Under the pieces are notes generated by a model. The model was not told the origin of the DNA. It did not search any database and saw only the letters and a program-made list of their open reading frames with translations. Of a stretch of DNA of 64,000 nt, positions 27,397-37,953 are shown one piece after another (position 1 is the first letter of the stretch; each line of letters starts with the position of its first letter). Position numbers and translations under genes: made by a program. This stretch comes from an uncultured Acidobacteriota bacterium (lineage in GTDB: Bacteria > Acidobacteriota > Vicinamibacteria > Vicinamibacterales > CAVVIG01): NCBI GenBank assembly GCA_902825985.1, contig CADEDC010000003.1, positions 10,926 through 74,925 on the forward strand, given 5' to 3'.

Positions 27397-28638
27397 TCAG
27401 AACAGGCCCGGGAATCGCGTCGGATCGACAGCGTAGCCCGGGAACACAGCGGCGGCCGACCGCAGGCCCAGGTGCTTGACGACGACCTCCGCGAACACGT
27501 CGCGGAAGTCGGTGGTGATCGCGAGGTCGCGTCCGTCGTAGCGCTGGTGCGCGGCCAGCCCCGGCCACCTCCCGTAGACCCGGCCGCCCTTCACGCCACC
27601 GCCGATCAGCAGCATCGCGTTGCCGTGGCCATGATCGGTCCCCCGGTTGCCGTTCTCCGCCACCGCCCGCCCGAATTCCGACATGGTCAGGACGACGGTG
27701 TCGGTCATCCGCTCGCCGAGGTCGGTGACGAGCGCGGCGAGCGACTGGCCGAAGTCGGTCAATCGGGTTGCCAGCGATCCCTGCGTCGTGCCCTGGTTGA
27801 CATGGGTGTCCCATCCGCCGATCTCGGCGAACGCGATCTCGAGACCGACCTCGGCTTTGCACAACTGGGCGATCTGCTGCAGCGCCCGGCCGAAGGGGCT
27901 GCGCGGGTAGCGGACACCATTCTCCGGTCGATAATGTCGCGGGTCGGCCAGGCGCAGCGTCTTCATCGCGTCGAATGCGTCGCGGCCGACGCCGTTCAGG
28001 ACGCGGTCGGCCGCCTGCGCGTACTCCGACTCGAACCCGCCGGCGGCCGGGCCGCGGACGCCGAACTGGCCGAGATCGCGCACCGCCAGCGCCGGCGCGC
28101 GTCCCTGCAACAGGCGCGGCAGCTGCGCCGACAGCGCGACTGCCTGGACGGCGGCGGCCGGACCAGCCGCCACCCGCTCGGTGGCGCGGACCTGGAGATA
28201 GCGGTTCAGCCAGCCGTCCGCGGTGCGCTTCACGCCGGGTGTGCCCGACTCCATGTAGTCCTGCGCGTCGAAGTGCGAGCGGGTGGCCGCCGGCGATCCG
28301 CACGCGTGCACGATCGCCAGGTCGTGCCGGTCCCAGAACGGTTTGAGCGGCGACAGCCGCGGATGCAGCCCGAAGAAGCCATCGAGGTCGAGGGCCGCCT
28401 GGTCGCCGCCGGCCGGACGGGGCACGGCAATCGTCGGGCGGACACGGTAGTAGTCTGCTTCGCCGTACGGGACGACGACACTGAGGCCGTCGACGGCGCC
28501 GCGCTGGAAGATCGCGATCAACCGCCTGGCGCGGCCCGGCGTCGCCGCCATCGCCGTCCGGGCCAGGAACGACGGCGCAAAGCCGAGGCTCACCAGGGCG
28601 AAGCCGCCGCGCTTCAGGATGACTCGACGGGAGATCAT
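27397..28638 (-). CDS. DUF1501 domain protein (sulfatase/alkaline-phosphatase-like fold), Tat-exported
   Basis: Twin-arginine signal MISRRVILKRGGFALVSLGF...AMA. Contains the GGWDTH and TEFGR-like (SEFGR) motifs. Confidence 0.8.
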   Translation of the reverse strand: MISRRVILKRGGFALVSLGFAPSFLARTAMAATPGRARRLIAIFQRGAVDGLSVVVPYGEADYYRVRPTIAVPRPAGGDQAALDLDGFFGLHPRLSPLKPFWDRHDLAIVHACGSPAATRSHFDAQDYMESGTPGVKRTADGWLNRYLQVRATERVAAGPAAAVQAVALSAQLPRLLQGRAPALAVRDLGQFGVRGPAAGGFESEYAQAADRVLNGVGRDAFDAMKTLRLADPRHYRPENGVRYPRSPFGRALQQIAQLCKAEVGLEIAFAEIGGWDTHVNQGTTQGSLATRLTDFGQSLAALVTDLGERMTDTVVLTMSEFGRAVAENGNRGTDHGHGNAMLLIGGGVKGGRVYGRWPGLAAHQRYDGRDLAITTDFRDVFAEVVVKHLGLRSAAAVFPGYAVDPTRFPGLF

Positions 28639-28660
28639 GGGCGTCCCTCTCCGCCTACCG

Positions 28661-30310
28661 TCAGCGCTTCTGGAACTCGGGAGCGCCGAGCGTCAGTGCC
28701 ACGCGTTGCCACTCGGTGGTCGCCCGGCCGACGATGCCGGCGGTCGACTCGGAGAGCGGGCCGATGGCGTTGCGGTCGAGCGACGCCGCGCGGCGCAATC
28801 CCGACCGGGCTCCGCCACGGGCGATGGTCTGAGCGACGTTGATGCGGGCCACGAGTGCGCCGGCGTTCGCCCAGGCATCCGCCGTGTCGCCGTAGCCGGT
28901 CGGCGGCTGGCACTGGTACAGCGGCATGCCGAGATCGGAAATCTGGCGGACGAGGGGCCGCGCATCCGTCACCTCGCCGTCGACGGCGCGGATCGCGCTC
29001 ACGACGAATTCGAGCGGCGTCTTGGTCTTGACGCGCATGACGTCGGGCGACAGGAACTCGGACGAGGACAGGAGTGTGCGCATCACCTCGCGCAGGTCGC
29101 CATCGGTTTCCCGGAAGCGGGCCGCCAGGCGATCGATGAGCGCCAGCGGCGGTTCGTCGCTGACGAAGCGCCGTGCCAGCTTGCCGGCAATGGCGCGCGC
29201 GGTGGCCGGATGCCGCGCGAGCAGGTCGAGCACGGCTTCACCATCACGCGCGCCGTTCCGGGCACCGCCGGGAATAGGGTGTCCAAGCACCACCTTGTCT
29301 CCCGGGTCGTGCCGCCGCGGGTCGAAGTGGAACGCCGCGCCGCCCTGGCGCGGCCGGTCGATCGTCCAGCCGGTGAACGCCCGCGCCACCTCGGTGATGT
29401 CTGCCTGCGTGTAGCCGCCATCGACGCCGAGCGTGTGCAGCTCCATCAGCTCGCGGGCGTAGTTCTCGTTCAGCCCTCGCTTCTGCGGCGTCACGCCAGC
29501 CCCGCGGTCGAGCCGTCCGTCGCTCGACCGTCGATCGACGAACCGGCGGCGACGCGCCTCGCGGCTCGACAACCGGCCGCGGCCGGCCGACCCGTGCGGA
29601 CCGTTCGGGTCGGTGCTCAACCAGTTGTCCAGGTAGAAGAGCATCGCCGGGCTCTTCGCCGTGGCGCCGAGCAGGTCGCGAAAGCGTCCGAGGACGTGCG
29701 GACGGATCGCGGCCCGCTCGTATTCATTGAGGAAGAAGCGGTCGAGCCCCTTCCGTGCATCGACGTTGAAGTGGTTGAACCAGAAGTCGGTGAGCACCGC
29801 TTCGAGCTGGCGCTCGCTGTAGATCGCCCGGAGCACCTTCTGCTGGCTGAGCTCATCGACCGGCAGCGCCGCGGCCCGGACCAGCGCCGGGCCGACCGGA
29901 CGCGGGCCGTCGCCGTCCTGGCTCGATCGCGGTCCCGCGCCCGCCCGGCGGGCGTCGAACAGCGGCCGCGCGAAGCGCCGGACGATGTCCCCCGGGGTCA
30001 TCTCGAGCGTCGGCAGTCCCGTCAGGCGCTGGTCGAGTCCGGGATCGGCGATCCGCTCCGGGTGCAACTGTCGTTCGATGTACGCGGCGAGCCCGATGCG
30101 GTCGACCGCGTCGACGTCGCGACCGCGGGGTCCGAACGTCACCCGGTTGAGGACGTGAAGGACCGTGCGTCGGTCCTGACGGCCCGCGGCAGCTTCCGCC
30201 TGCCGCGTCGACACCGGCCACACCTGCCCCGGCGGGATCGCGAGACCGGCGCCGGGCGCACTGGAGAGGACAATCGCCGCAGTCCAGGCAGCGGTGGTAC
30301 GGCTCGTCAT
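28661..30310 (-). CDS. DUF1800 domain protein
   Basis: LHVLNRVTFGPRGRDVDAVDRIGLAAYIERQLHPERI plus a length and position (directly upstream of DUF1501) typical of the DUF1800/DUF1501 pair. Confidence 0.75.
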   Translation of the reverse strand: MTSRTTAAWTAAIVLSSAPGAGLAIPPGQVWPVSTRQAEAAAGRQDRRTVLHVLNRVTFGPRGRDVDAVDRIGLAAYIERQLHPERIADPGLDQRLTGLPTLEMTPGDIVRRFARPLFDARRAGAGPRSSQDGDGPRPVGPALVRAAALPVDELSQQKVLRAIYSERQLEAVLTDFWFNHFNVDARKGLDRFFLNEYERAAIRPHVLGRFRDLLGATAKSPAMLFYLDNWLSTDPNGPHGSAGRGRLSSREARRRRFVDRRSSDGRLDRGAGVTPQKRGLNENYARELMELHTLGVDGGYTQADITEVARAFTGWTIDRPRQGGAAFHFDPRRHDPGDKVVLGHPIPGGARNGARDGEAVLDLLARHPATARAIAGKLARRFVSDEPPLALIDRLAARFRETDGDLREVMRTLLSSSEFLSPDVMRVKTKTPLEFVVSAIRAVDGEVTDARPLVRQISDLGMPLYQCQPPTGYGDTADAWANAGALVARINVAQTIARGGARSGLRRAASLDRNAIGPLSESTAGIVGRATTEWQRVALTLGAPEFQKR

Positions 30311-30373
30311 GGCGGGTTAGACCGGAGGCGTCGACGGTCGGTTTAACCGGCCGGCGAACCATAATGGTCGGTC

Positions 30374-31342
30374 ATGCAGCTGATCGACGTCGGCGAGGGT
30401 CCGCTTCTCGATGAGATCCTTCGCGAAACCCACACGATTTGGGCCGACCGGATCGATCCGGCGCCGTTCCGGCAGTTCTGGCTGGCCCAGCTCAGGACGG
30501 CCTGGGGCCGCGAGCATCTGTGCCGCGTCGCGCTGGTCGACGGCGGCCGGGTGCTGGCGAGCACCAAGGTGTACGAGTTCACCGCTCGGGTGGACGGCGA
30601 GGCCGTCGGCGTCTGCGGCCTGGGAGCCGTGTTCACGCAGACGGCGCACCGCCGCAGCGGCCACGCCCGCGAGCTGATCGACCGGGTGCTGGCGCGCGCC
30701 GTCGGGCGCGGCCAGCGGCTCGCCCTGCTGTTCTCGGAGATCGGCATGGACTACTATGCGCGCATCGGCTTCACGGCGGTCGCCACGCACGACGCCACCT
30801 TCCGCGTGACGCCGCCCCGGCAGCGCGGCGCGCCGGCCACCATGGTGCGGGCCGGCGACGATCGCGACTACGAGGCCGTCGTCAGGCTCGGTCGTGCGCA
30901 GGCGGCGCCGTTCCGCTTCCACCTCGATCGCGATCGCAGCGTGGTTCAGTACGGCATCGTGAAGCAGCGGCTGCGCGCCGGGTTCGGGCCGGCCGGCCTT
31001 CGCGAGCTGCAGTTCTTCATCGCGGAGGAGGGGACATCCGCGGTGGCCTACGTCGCGATCGGCGTCGAGGGCGACCGCTGGACGCTGCTGGAGTGTGGCG
31101 ATCGTGACGTGACGGGAGCGCGGGTCGGCGCCATCCTGCAGGTGCTGCTGGCCCGCGAGCCGTCGCGCCGCCCGCCGGTGATTGTCGGACGGCTGCCGCC
31201 TGGCTTCCTGCCGCCGCAGATGGCGGTGGTCGACCGGCACGAAGCCAAGGAGCTGATGATGATCCGGCCGCTCGGCGACTTCCGCCTCGCCGCGCCGCTC
31301 GCCGAGGATCAGGTGCTGTACTGGCGCAACGATCTGTTCTGA
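30374..31342 (+). CDS. GNAT family N-acetyltransferase (two-domain, Eis-like layout?)
   Basis: The acetyl-CoA motif VFTQTAHRRSGHARELIDRVLARA. At 322 aa it is longer than a single GNAT domain. Confidence 0.65.
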   Translation: MQLIDVGEGPLLDEILRETHTIWADRIDPAPFRQFWLAQLRTAWGREHLCRVALVDGGRVLASTKVYEFTARVDGEAVGVCGLGAVFTQTAHRRSGHARELIDRVLARAVGRGQRLALLFSEIGMDYYARIGFTAVATHDATFRVTPPRQRGAPATMVRAGDDRDYEAVVRLGRAQAAPFRFHLDRDRSVVQYGIVKQRLRAGFGPAGLRELQFFIAEEGTSAVAYVAIGVEGDRWTLLECGDRDVTGARVGAILQVLLAREPSRRPPVIVGRLPPGFLPPQMAVVDRHEAKELMMIRPLGDFRLAAPLAEDQVLYWRNDLF

Positions 31343-31403
31343 CGCATCGGCGACGGCAGGTCGGCGACAGGCGCGGATGGATGACGATTTCCGGAGACGA
31401 GTG

Positions 31404-33809
31404 ATGGTCGATTTCGAGAAGCTCGGAGCGTTCTACCTCGGTCGCGAGTACGACGCGGCGGCCGGCACGGCGGCTGGCGATCTCGTGTTGTACGATTCCC
31501 GGGATCTCGTCACGCACGCGCTGATCGTCGGCATGACCGGCAGCGGCAAGACCGGCCTCGGCATCTCGCTCATCGAGGAGGCCGCCATCGACGGCGTCCC
31601 GGTCATCGTCGTCGACCCGAAGGGTGACCTGACGAACCTGCTGCTGACGTTTCCGGACCTGCGTCCGGAGGACTTCCAGCCGTGGGTCAGCGAGGACGAA
31701 GCACGGCGCGCCGGCCGGAGCGTCCCCGAGTTCGCCGCCGACCAGGCGGCGCGCTGGCAGACGGGGCTGGCCGACTGGGGGCAGGACGGCGCCCGTATCA
31801 GGCGCCTGAAGGACGCCGCGGACTTCGCCGTCTTCACGCCCGGCAGCACCATCGGCACGCCGGTGTCGGTCCTGCGCTCGTTCACGAAGCCGGATCTCGA
31901 CGATGCCGAGCTGGTGCGCGACCGCGTGCAGTCGACCGTCTCGAGCGTGCTCGCGCTCGCCGGCATCGACGGCGAGCCGGTGAAGAGCCGCGAGCACATC
32001 CTGCTGTCGACGCTGCTGCTCGCCGCGTGGCAGGCGGGCGAGAGCCCCGACCTGGCGACGCTGATCGGCCGCGTGCAGCAGCCGCCGATGGCGACGATCG
32101 GCGTGATGGACATCGACTCGTTCTTCCCGCAGAAGGATCGCTTCGAGTTCGCGATGGCGATCAACTCGCTCCTCGCCTCGCCGGGATTCGCCGTGTGGAC
32201 CGAAGGGGTGCCGCTCGACGCCGCGTCGTTCCTGCGGACCGCGAGCGGCAAGCCGCGCGTCTCGATCTTCTCGATCGCGCACCTCGACGACAGCCAGCGC
32301 ATGTTCTTCGTCACGCTGCTGCTGAATGCGCTGATCGGCTGGATGCGAACCCAGTCCGGCACGTCGAGCCTGCGCGCGATGTTCTACATGGACGAGATCT
32401 TCGGCTTCTTTCCGCCGGTGGCGAACCCGCCGTCGAAGCCGCCGCTGCTCACGCTGCTCAAGCAGGGACGCGCGGCCGGCCTCGGGGTCGTGCTGGCGAC
32501 CCAGAACCCGGTGGATCTCGACTACAAGGGGCTCTCGAACATCGGCACCTGGTGGCTCGGCCGGCTGCAGACCGATCGCGACAAGGCCCGCGTGCTCGAC
32601 GGTCTCGAAGGAGCGAATACCGGCAGCGTCAATCGCGACGAGATCGACGCGCTGCTGTCTGGCCTGTCGAGCCGGGTCTTCCTGATGCGCAACGTGCACG
32701 AGGACGGCAACATCCTCTTCCAGTCGCGGTGGGCGCTGTCGTACCTGCGCGGTCCGCTGAGTCGCGACGAAGTGAAACGGCTCGCCGCGGGCCAACTGGC
32801 GCGCGCCGGCGAGCCAGCTGCCGCGACCGCGACGACCGCGCCTCGTGGGGTCTCGGCGGGTGCCCCGGTGACCGCCACCGCCCCGGCTGCCGCCCCCGCT
32901 GCCGCCGTCCTGCCGGCGACCCGAACGCTCCTGCCGCCTGACGTGCCGCAGTACTTCACCGGGCTGGTCACCGCGACCCGCCCGCTGGCCCCGGCGATTT
33001 ACGGTGCCGCCGACCTTCGCTTCACCGACGCCAGACGCCAGGTGGACGTCACCCGCTCGGTGGCGTACATGACCGGTGTGAGCGACGGCCCGGTGCCGGT
33101 GGACTGGACGGTCGCCGAATCGGTGGACGTCGCGCCCGACCAGCTGCAGACCGTCGCGCCGGACGGGGCGACCTATGACGAGGTGCCGGGCCCGGCGACG
33201 AAGGCGAGAAACTACGCCGCGTGGTCGAAGCAGTTCAGCACCTGGCTGTCGTCGAACGAGTCGATCGAACTGATGGTCAGTCCCACCACCGGCGAAGTCT
33301 CGAAGCCGGACGAATCCGAACGGGACTTCCGCGCCCGTCTCCATCACGCCGGCCGCGAGGTCCGCGACGACGAGATCGAGCGGCTGCGCAAGAAGTACGC
33401 GCCGAAGCAGGCCGCCCTGCAGGAAAAGCTGCGGCGCGCGCGACAGGCGGTCGAGAAGGAGACGGAGCAGGCCTCGGGCGCGAAGCTGCAGACCGCCATC
33501 TCGTTCGGCGCCACGCTGGTCGGGGCGCTGCTCGGCCGCAAGGCGATGTCCGCGGCCAACGTCGGCCGGGCGACGACCGCGGCGCGCAGCGTCGGCCGAA
33601 CGATGAAGGAGTCCGAGGACATCGGGCGGGCCCGGGAGAACGTCGCGACCCTCGAAGCGCAAATTGCGGCGCTCGACGACGAACTCGCCGCCGAGACGGC
33701 GGCCCTGCACGTCAGCACCGACGTCGTGAACGAGAAGCTCGACACGGTGACGCTCAAGCCGAAGCGCGGCCAGGTGACCGTGAAGGTGGTTGCGCTGGTC
33801 TGGCAGTAG
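31404..33809 (+). CDS. HerA/DUF853-like P-loop ATPase with long C-terminal extension
   Basis: Walker A VGMTGSGKTGLGISLIEEAAIDGVPVIVVDPKGDL, Walker B MFYMDEIFGFFPP, and VVLATQNPVDLDYKGL. The C-terminal ~330 aa comprise a Pro/Ala linker plus coiled-coil. Start at MVDFEKLG (31404); ATG 31377 is also possible. Confidence 0.75.
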   Translation: MVDFEKLGAFYLGREYDAAAGTAAGDLVLYDSRDLVTHALIVGMTGSGKTGLGISLIEEAAIDGVPVIVVDPKGDLTNLLLTFPDLRPEDFQPWVSEDEARRAGRSVPEFAADQAARWQTGLADWGQDGARIRRLKDAADFAVFTPGSTIGTPVSVLRSFTKPDLDDAELVRDRVQSTVSSVLALAGIDGEPVKSREHILLSTLLLAAWQAGESPDLATLIGRVQQPPMATIGVMDIDSFFPQKDRFEFAMAINSLLASPGFAVWTEGVPLDAASFLRTASGKPRVSIFSIAHLDDSQRMFFVTLLLNALIGWMRTQSGTSSLRAMFYMDEIFGFFPPVANPPSKPPLLTLLKQGRAAGLGVVLATQNPVDLDYKGLSNIGTWWLGRLQTDRDKARVLDGLEGANTGSVNRDEIDALLSGLSSRVFLMRNVHEDGNILFQSRWALSYLRGPLSRDEVKRLAAGQLARAGEPAAATATTAPRGVSAGAPVTATAPAAAPAAAVLPATRTLLPPDVPQYFTGLVTATRPLAPAIYGAADLRFTDARRQVDVTRSVAYMTGVSDGPVPVDWTVAESVDVAPDQLQTVAPDGATYDEVPGPATKARNYAAWSKQFSTWLSSNESIELMVSPTTGEVSKPDESERDFRARLHHAGREVRDDEIERLRKKYAPKQAALQEKLRRARQAVEKETEQASGAKLQTAISFGATLVGALLGRKAMSAANVGRATTAARSVGRTMKESEDIGRARENVATLEAQIAALDDELAAETAALHVSTDVVNEKLDTVTLKPKRGQVTVKVVALVWQ

Positions 33810-33849
33810 ACGGCCGGTGTCGGTCCCGAGACGGCCGGTGTCGGTCCCG
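33809..33849. repeat. perfect 20-bp direct repeat (GACGGCCGGTGTCGGTCCCG) x2 with 21-bp period
   Basis: Copies at 33809-33828 and 33830-33849, read directly from the sequence. The first copy begins on the last base of the ATPase stop codon. Confidence 0.9.
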
Positions 33850-33890
33850 GCCCGCCACGTCCGGAGCGTCGGCCCGCCGACCGCCGCCGC

Positions 33891-34295
33891 CTAGTCGAGG
33901 AACCGATGCCGGGTCGCCGCGTCCGGCCGCAGGCATTGCCGGCGCGTCACCCGATGGCGATGGCGGGCGACGAGGTCGTAGACAGCGTCGCGGAGCGGCC
34001 GCGGAATCGCGCGCACCACCGTCAGCCACTGCCACCAGCCGCCGAGGTAGGCGACGACGCACAGTGCCGCATCCGAACGGATCGCCGCCGACTCTTCGGT
34101 CGATCCGGATGCCGGCCGCAGCCAGATCACCGAGTCGGCGCCAGCCAGCGCGGGATGGCGGGCCAGCACAGACCGACCGAACGCTCCCTGCTGCGCGGCG
34201 AAGCGCAGCGTGCCTCGCCGATCATGGCGCAGCACGAACTGCACGCTCGCGGCGCACAGCCCGCACGTGCCGTCGTACAGCAGCACCTCCGACAT
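33891..34295 (-). CDS. thiol-disulfide oxidoreductase DCC family (DUF393)
   Basis: LLYDGTCGLCAASVQFVLRHD is the DCC motif. Confidence 0.8.
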   Translation of the reverse strand: MSEVLLYDGTCGLCAASVQFVLRHDRRGTLRFAAQQGAFGRSVLARHPALAGADSVIWLRPASGSTEESAAIRSDAALCVVAYLGGWWQWLTVVRAIPRPLRDAVYDLVARHRHRVTRRQCLRPDAATRHRFLD

Positions 34296-34310
34296 CAGCG
34301 TCGCCGGACG

Positions 34311-35969
<1,659 letters not shown>

Positions 35970-36006
35970 GCGCCAGCGAGTGTACTCGCTTCGCGGCGGC
36001 CGGGCG

Positions 36007-36714
36007 TCAGCGCACCGGCGCGCCGCGCTGGTCGCTCAGCAGCGGCTCGTTGAGAAAGGTCGTCAACGGCGCCACCTGTTTGAACACGTCGAGGACGCCG
36101 GCATAGAAGCGCCGGCTGGTCGCGAAGGCAGCCGGGAACTCACGGCCCGCGAGGAACTGCCGGTACCGCAGGTAGACGGCGGCCGGATGATCGGCGGCGA
36201 AGCCGCGTGGCGTGCGCTGCAGCTGATCGCCGTGCAGTTCGCCCACCGTCTTCGTGAAGGCGGGTGACTCGACGATGGCGCGCAGTCGGCGATGGTTGGC
36301 GGCGATGTGCTCGCGGACCGCGAGGAGCTGCGACGTGTCAGGCGCGTACATGCCGCCGCCGATCCAGACCCAGCCGGGGGCGACCTCCAGATAGAGGCCG
36401 GCGCCCTGGTGCTTCGGCAGGCCGCGTGTCGGAAAGCTGGCGGCGATGTTGGTCTTGAGCGGCGTCTTGTCGTCCGAGAAGCGCGTGTCCCGATAGATGC
36501 GGTAGATCGCCGTCTTCGGGTCGGCGACCAGATGCGGCGCGAACTGCCGCATGTCGTCGGCGAGGCGCTCGACCAGTCCGGTCATCGGCGAGCGCAGCAG
36601 CCGCTCGTAGTGGTCCTTGCGTTCGCGGAACCACTCGCGGTCGTTGTTCCGCTTGAGGGCGCGCAGAAACGACAGCGCCCTGGGGCTGAACGCGGTGAAC
36701 CGTTCGGCTGGCAT
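36007..36714 (-). CDS. DUF2461 (TIGR02453) family protein
   Basis: FLRALKRNNDREWFRERKDHYE...IYRIYRDTRFSDDKTPLKT. Start at MPAERF (ATG 36714); the longer ORF is an upstream run-on. Confidence 0.75.
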   Translation of the reverse strand: MPAERFTAFSPRALSFLRALKRNNDREWFRERKDHYERLLRSPMTGLVERLADDMRQFAPHLVADPKTAIYRIYRDTRFSDDKTPLKTNIAASFPTRGLPKHQGAGLYLEVAPGWVWIGGGMYAPDTSQLLAVREHIAANHRRLRAIVESPAFTKTVGELHGDQLQRTPRGFAADHPAAVYLRYRQFLAGREFPAAFATSRRFYAGVLDVFKQVAPLTTFLNEPLLSDQRGAPVR

Positions 36715-36969
36715 CAGCGGCTCCCGCCGGCGGACGCGGCGCCGGCCGCCGGCATCGGCAGCCGACCTGTCGGCATCGCCCGATAGCCGCGGCGCCGGCT
36801 GGCGGTTTTCCGCGCGATCCGCGGCGTCGAGCCGGCAACCTGCCGGACGCTTACTGCGAGGCGTCGACCGACGGAATACCGCATGCCATCTCCCGCTGTT
36901 TTTGCACGCAAAATCGACGTCGAGCAACTATATTCAGCCCCTTCGACCGTTGTAAAGTTGCGGCTCATC

Positions 36970-37953
36970 ATGAGACTCGCAATCGTCGGTTCCGGCGCCG
37001 TCGGTGGGTTCTTCGGCGCGAAGATGCAGCGCGCAGGACATGAGGTGTTCTTCCTGGCGCGCGGCGCACACCTCCATGCCATGCGGACGCGTGGTCTCAC
37101 CGTCCGCAGCCCGAAAGGCGAGTGGCGCCTCAAGGTCCGGGCCGAAGAGCGCGGCGACGGCCTCGGCGAGATGGACTTCGTCTTCTACGCGGTGAAGACC
37201 TACAGCAATCCCGAGGCGCTGCTGCTGCTGAACGTCGTCGCCGGCGATCACGCCGTCGTGCTCACGTTGCAGAACGGCGTCGACAGCGCCCGCGAGATCG
37301 AGGAGGTCATCGGCCTCGGGCGTGTCATCGGCGGGGCGGCGTATGTCGCGACCGCGCTGACCGAGCCCGGCGTCATCACCCAGACCGGTCCGCATCGCCG
37401 CGTCGCGTTCGGCGAGACCACCGGCGACGTGTCGCGCGTGTCGACGCGGTGTCTGCTGCTCGACACCGTGTTCAAGGAGGCCGACATCGTCTCCGAGCCG
37501 TTCGCGAACGGCTGGGTGCCGCTGTGGGAGAAGTTCGTGTACCTGGCGCCCTTTGCCGCGTTCACCGGAGCGTCCCGCCAGCCGATCGGCGCGCTGTGGA
37601 CCGATCCGGATGCCCGCGCGCTGATGGTGGCGGCGTTCAAGGAGGTGCTCGCCGTCGCGGCGGCAGAGCGGGTGAAGGTGAGGCCCGGCACCTTGAAGCG
37701 GATTCTCGCGTACGTCGACGGCCTCGACCCGACCGTGCGATCGTCATTGCTCATCGATCTCCAGCAGGGCAAGCCGACCGAAGTGGAAGCGCTGCTCGGT
37801 GCGGTCGTTCGTCGGGCCAGGCGGCGGCGCGTGAAGACGCCGATCATGAACACGCTGTACGCCGCCCTGCGCGAACGTCCGCCGGTGGTGGTGCCGCAGC
37901 CGCGCATCCCGCCGCTGCCGCCGAGCGTCTTCACCTACGACCTGCCGCGATAG
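36970..37953 (+). CDS. panE: 2-dehydropantoate 2-reductase
   Basis: MRLAIVGSGAVGGFFGAKMQRAGHEVFFLARGAHL plus C-terminal S-SLLIDLQQGKPTEVEAL (ApbA_C). Confidence 0.8.
   Translation: MRLAIVGSGAVGGFFGAKMQRAGHEVFFLARGAHLHAMRTRGLTVRSPKGEWRLKVRAEERGDGLGEMDFVFYAVKTYSNPEALLLLNVVAGDHAVVLTLQNGVDSAREIEEVIGLGRVIGGAAYVATALTEPGVITQTGPHRRVAFGETTGDVSRVSTRCLLLDTVFKEADIVSEPFANGWVPLWEKFVYLAPFAAFTGASRQPIGALWTDPDARALMVAAFKEVLAVAAAERVKVRPGTLKRILAYVDGLDPTVRSSLLIDLQQGKPTEVEALLGAVVRRARRRRVKTPIMNTLYAALRERPPVVVPQPRIPPLPPSVFTYDLPR

Noticed and set aside
31017-33710. 897-aa minus-strand ORF, plus the similar long antisense ORFs 680..1939, 13854..15482, 15706..17070, 20933..22831, 22835..24406, 24548..26428, 27034..28842, 28619..30346, 33906..36053, 43306..44964, 47939..49264, 50707..52275, 52282..53505, 53749..55464, 55465..57207, 57346..58533 and 62475..63638
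   Set aside because: Each lies opposite a gene with clear family signatures, and each has the typical GC-rich shadow-frame composition (R, G, D, H, P).
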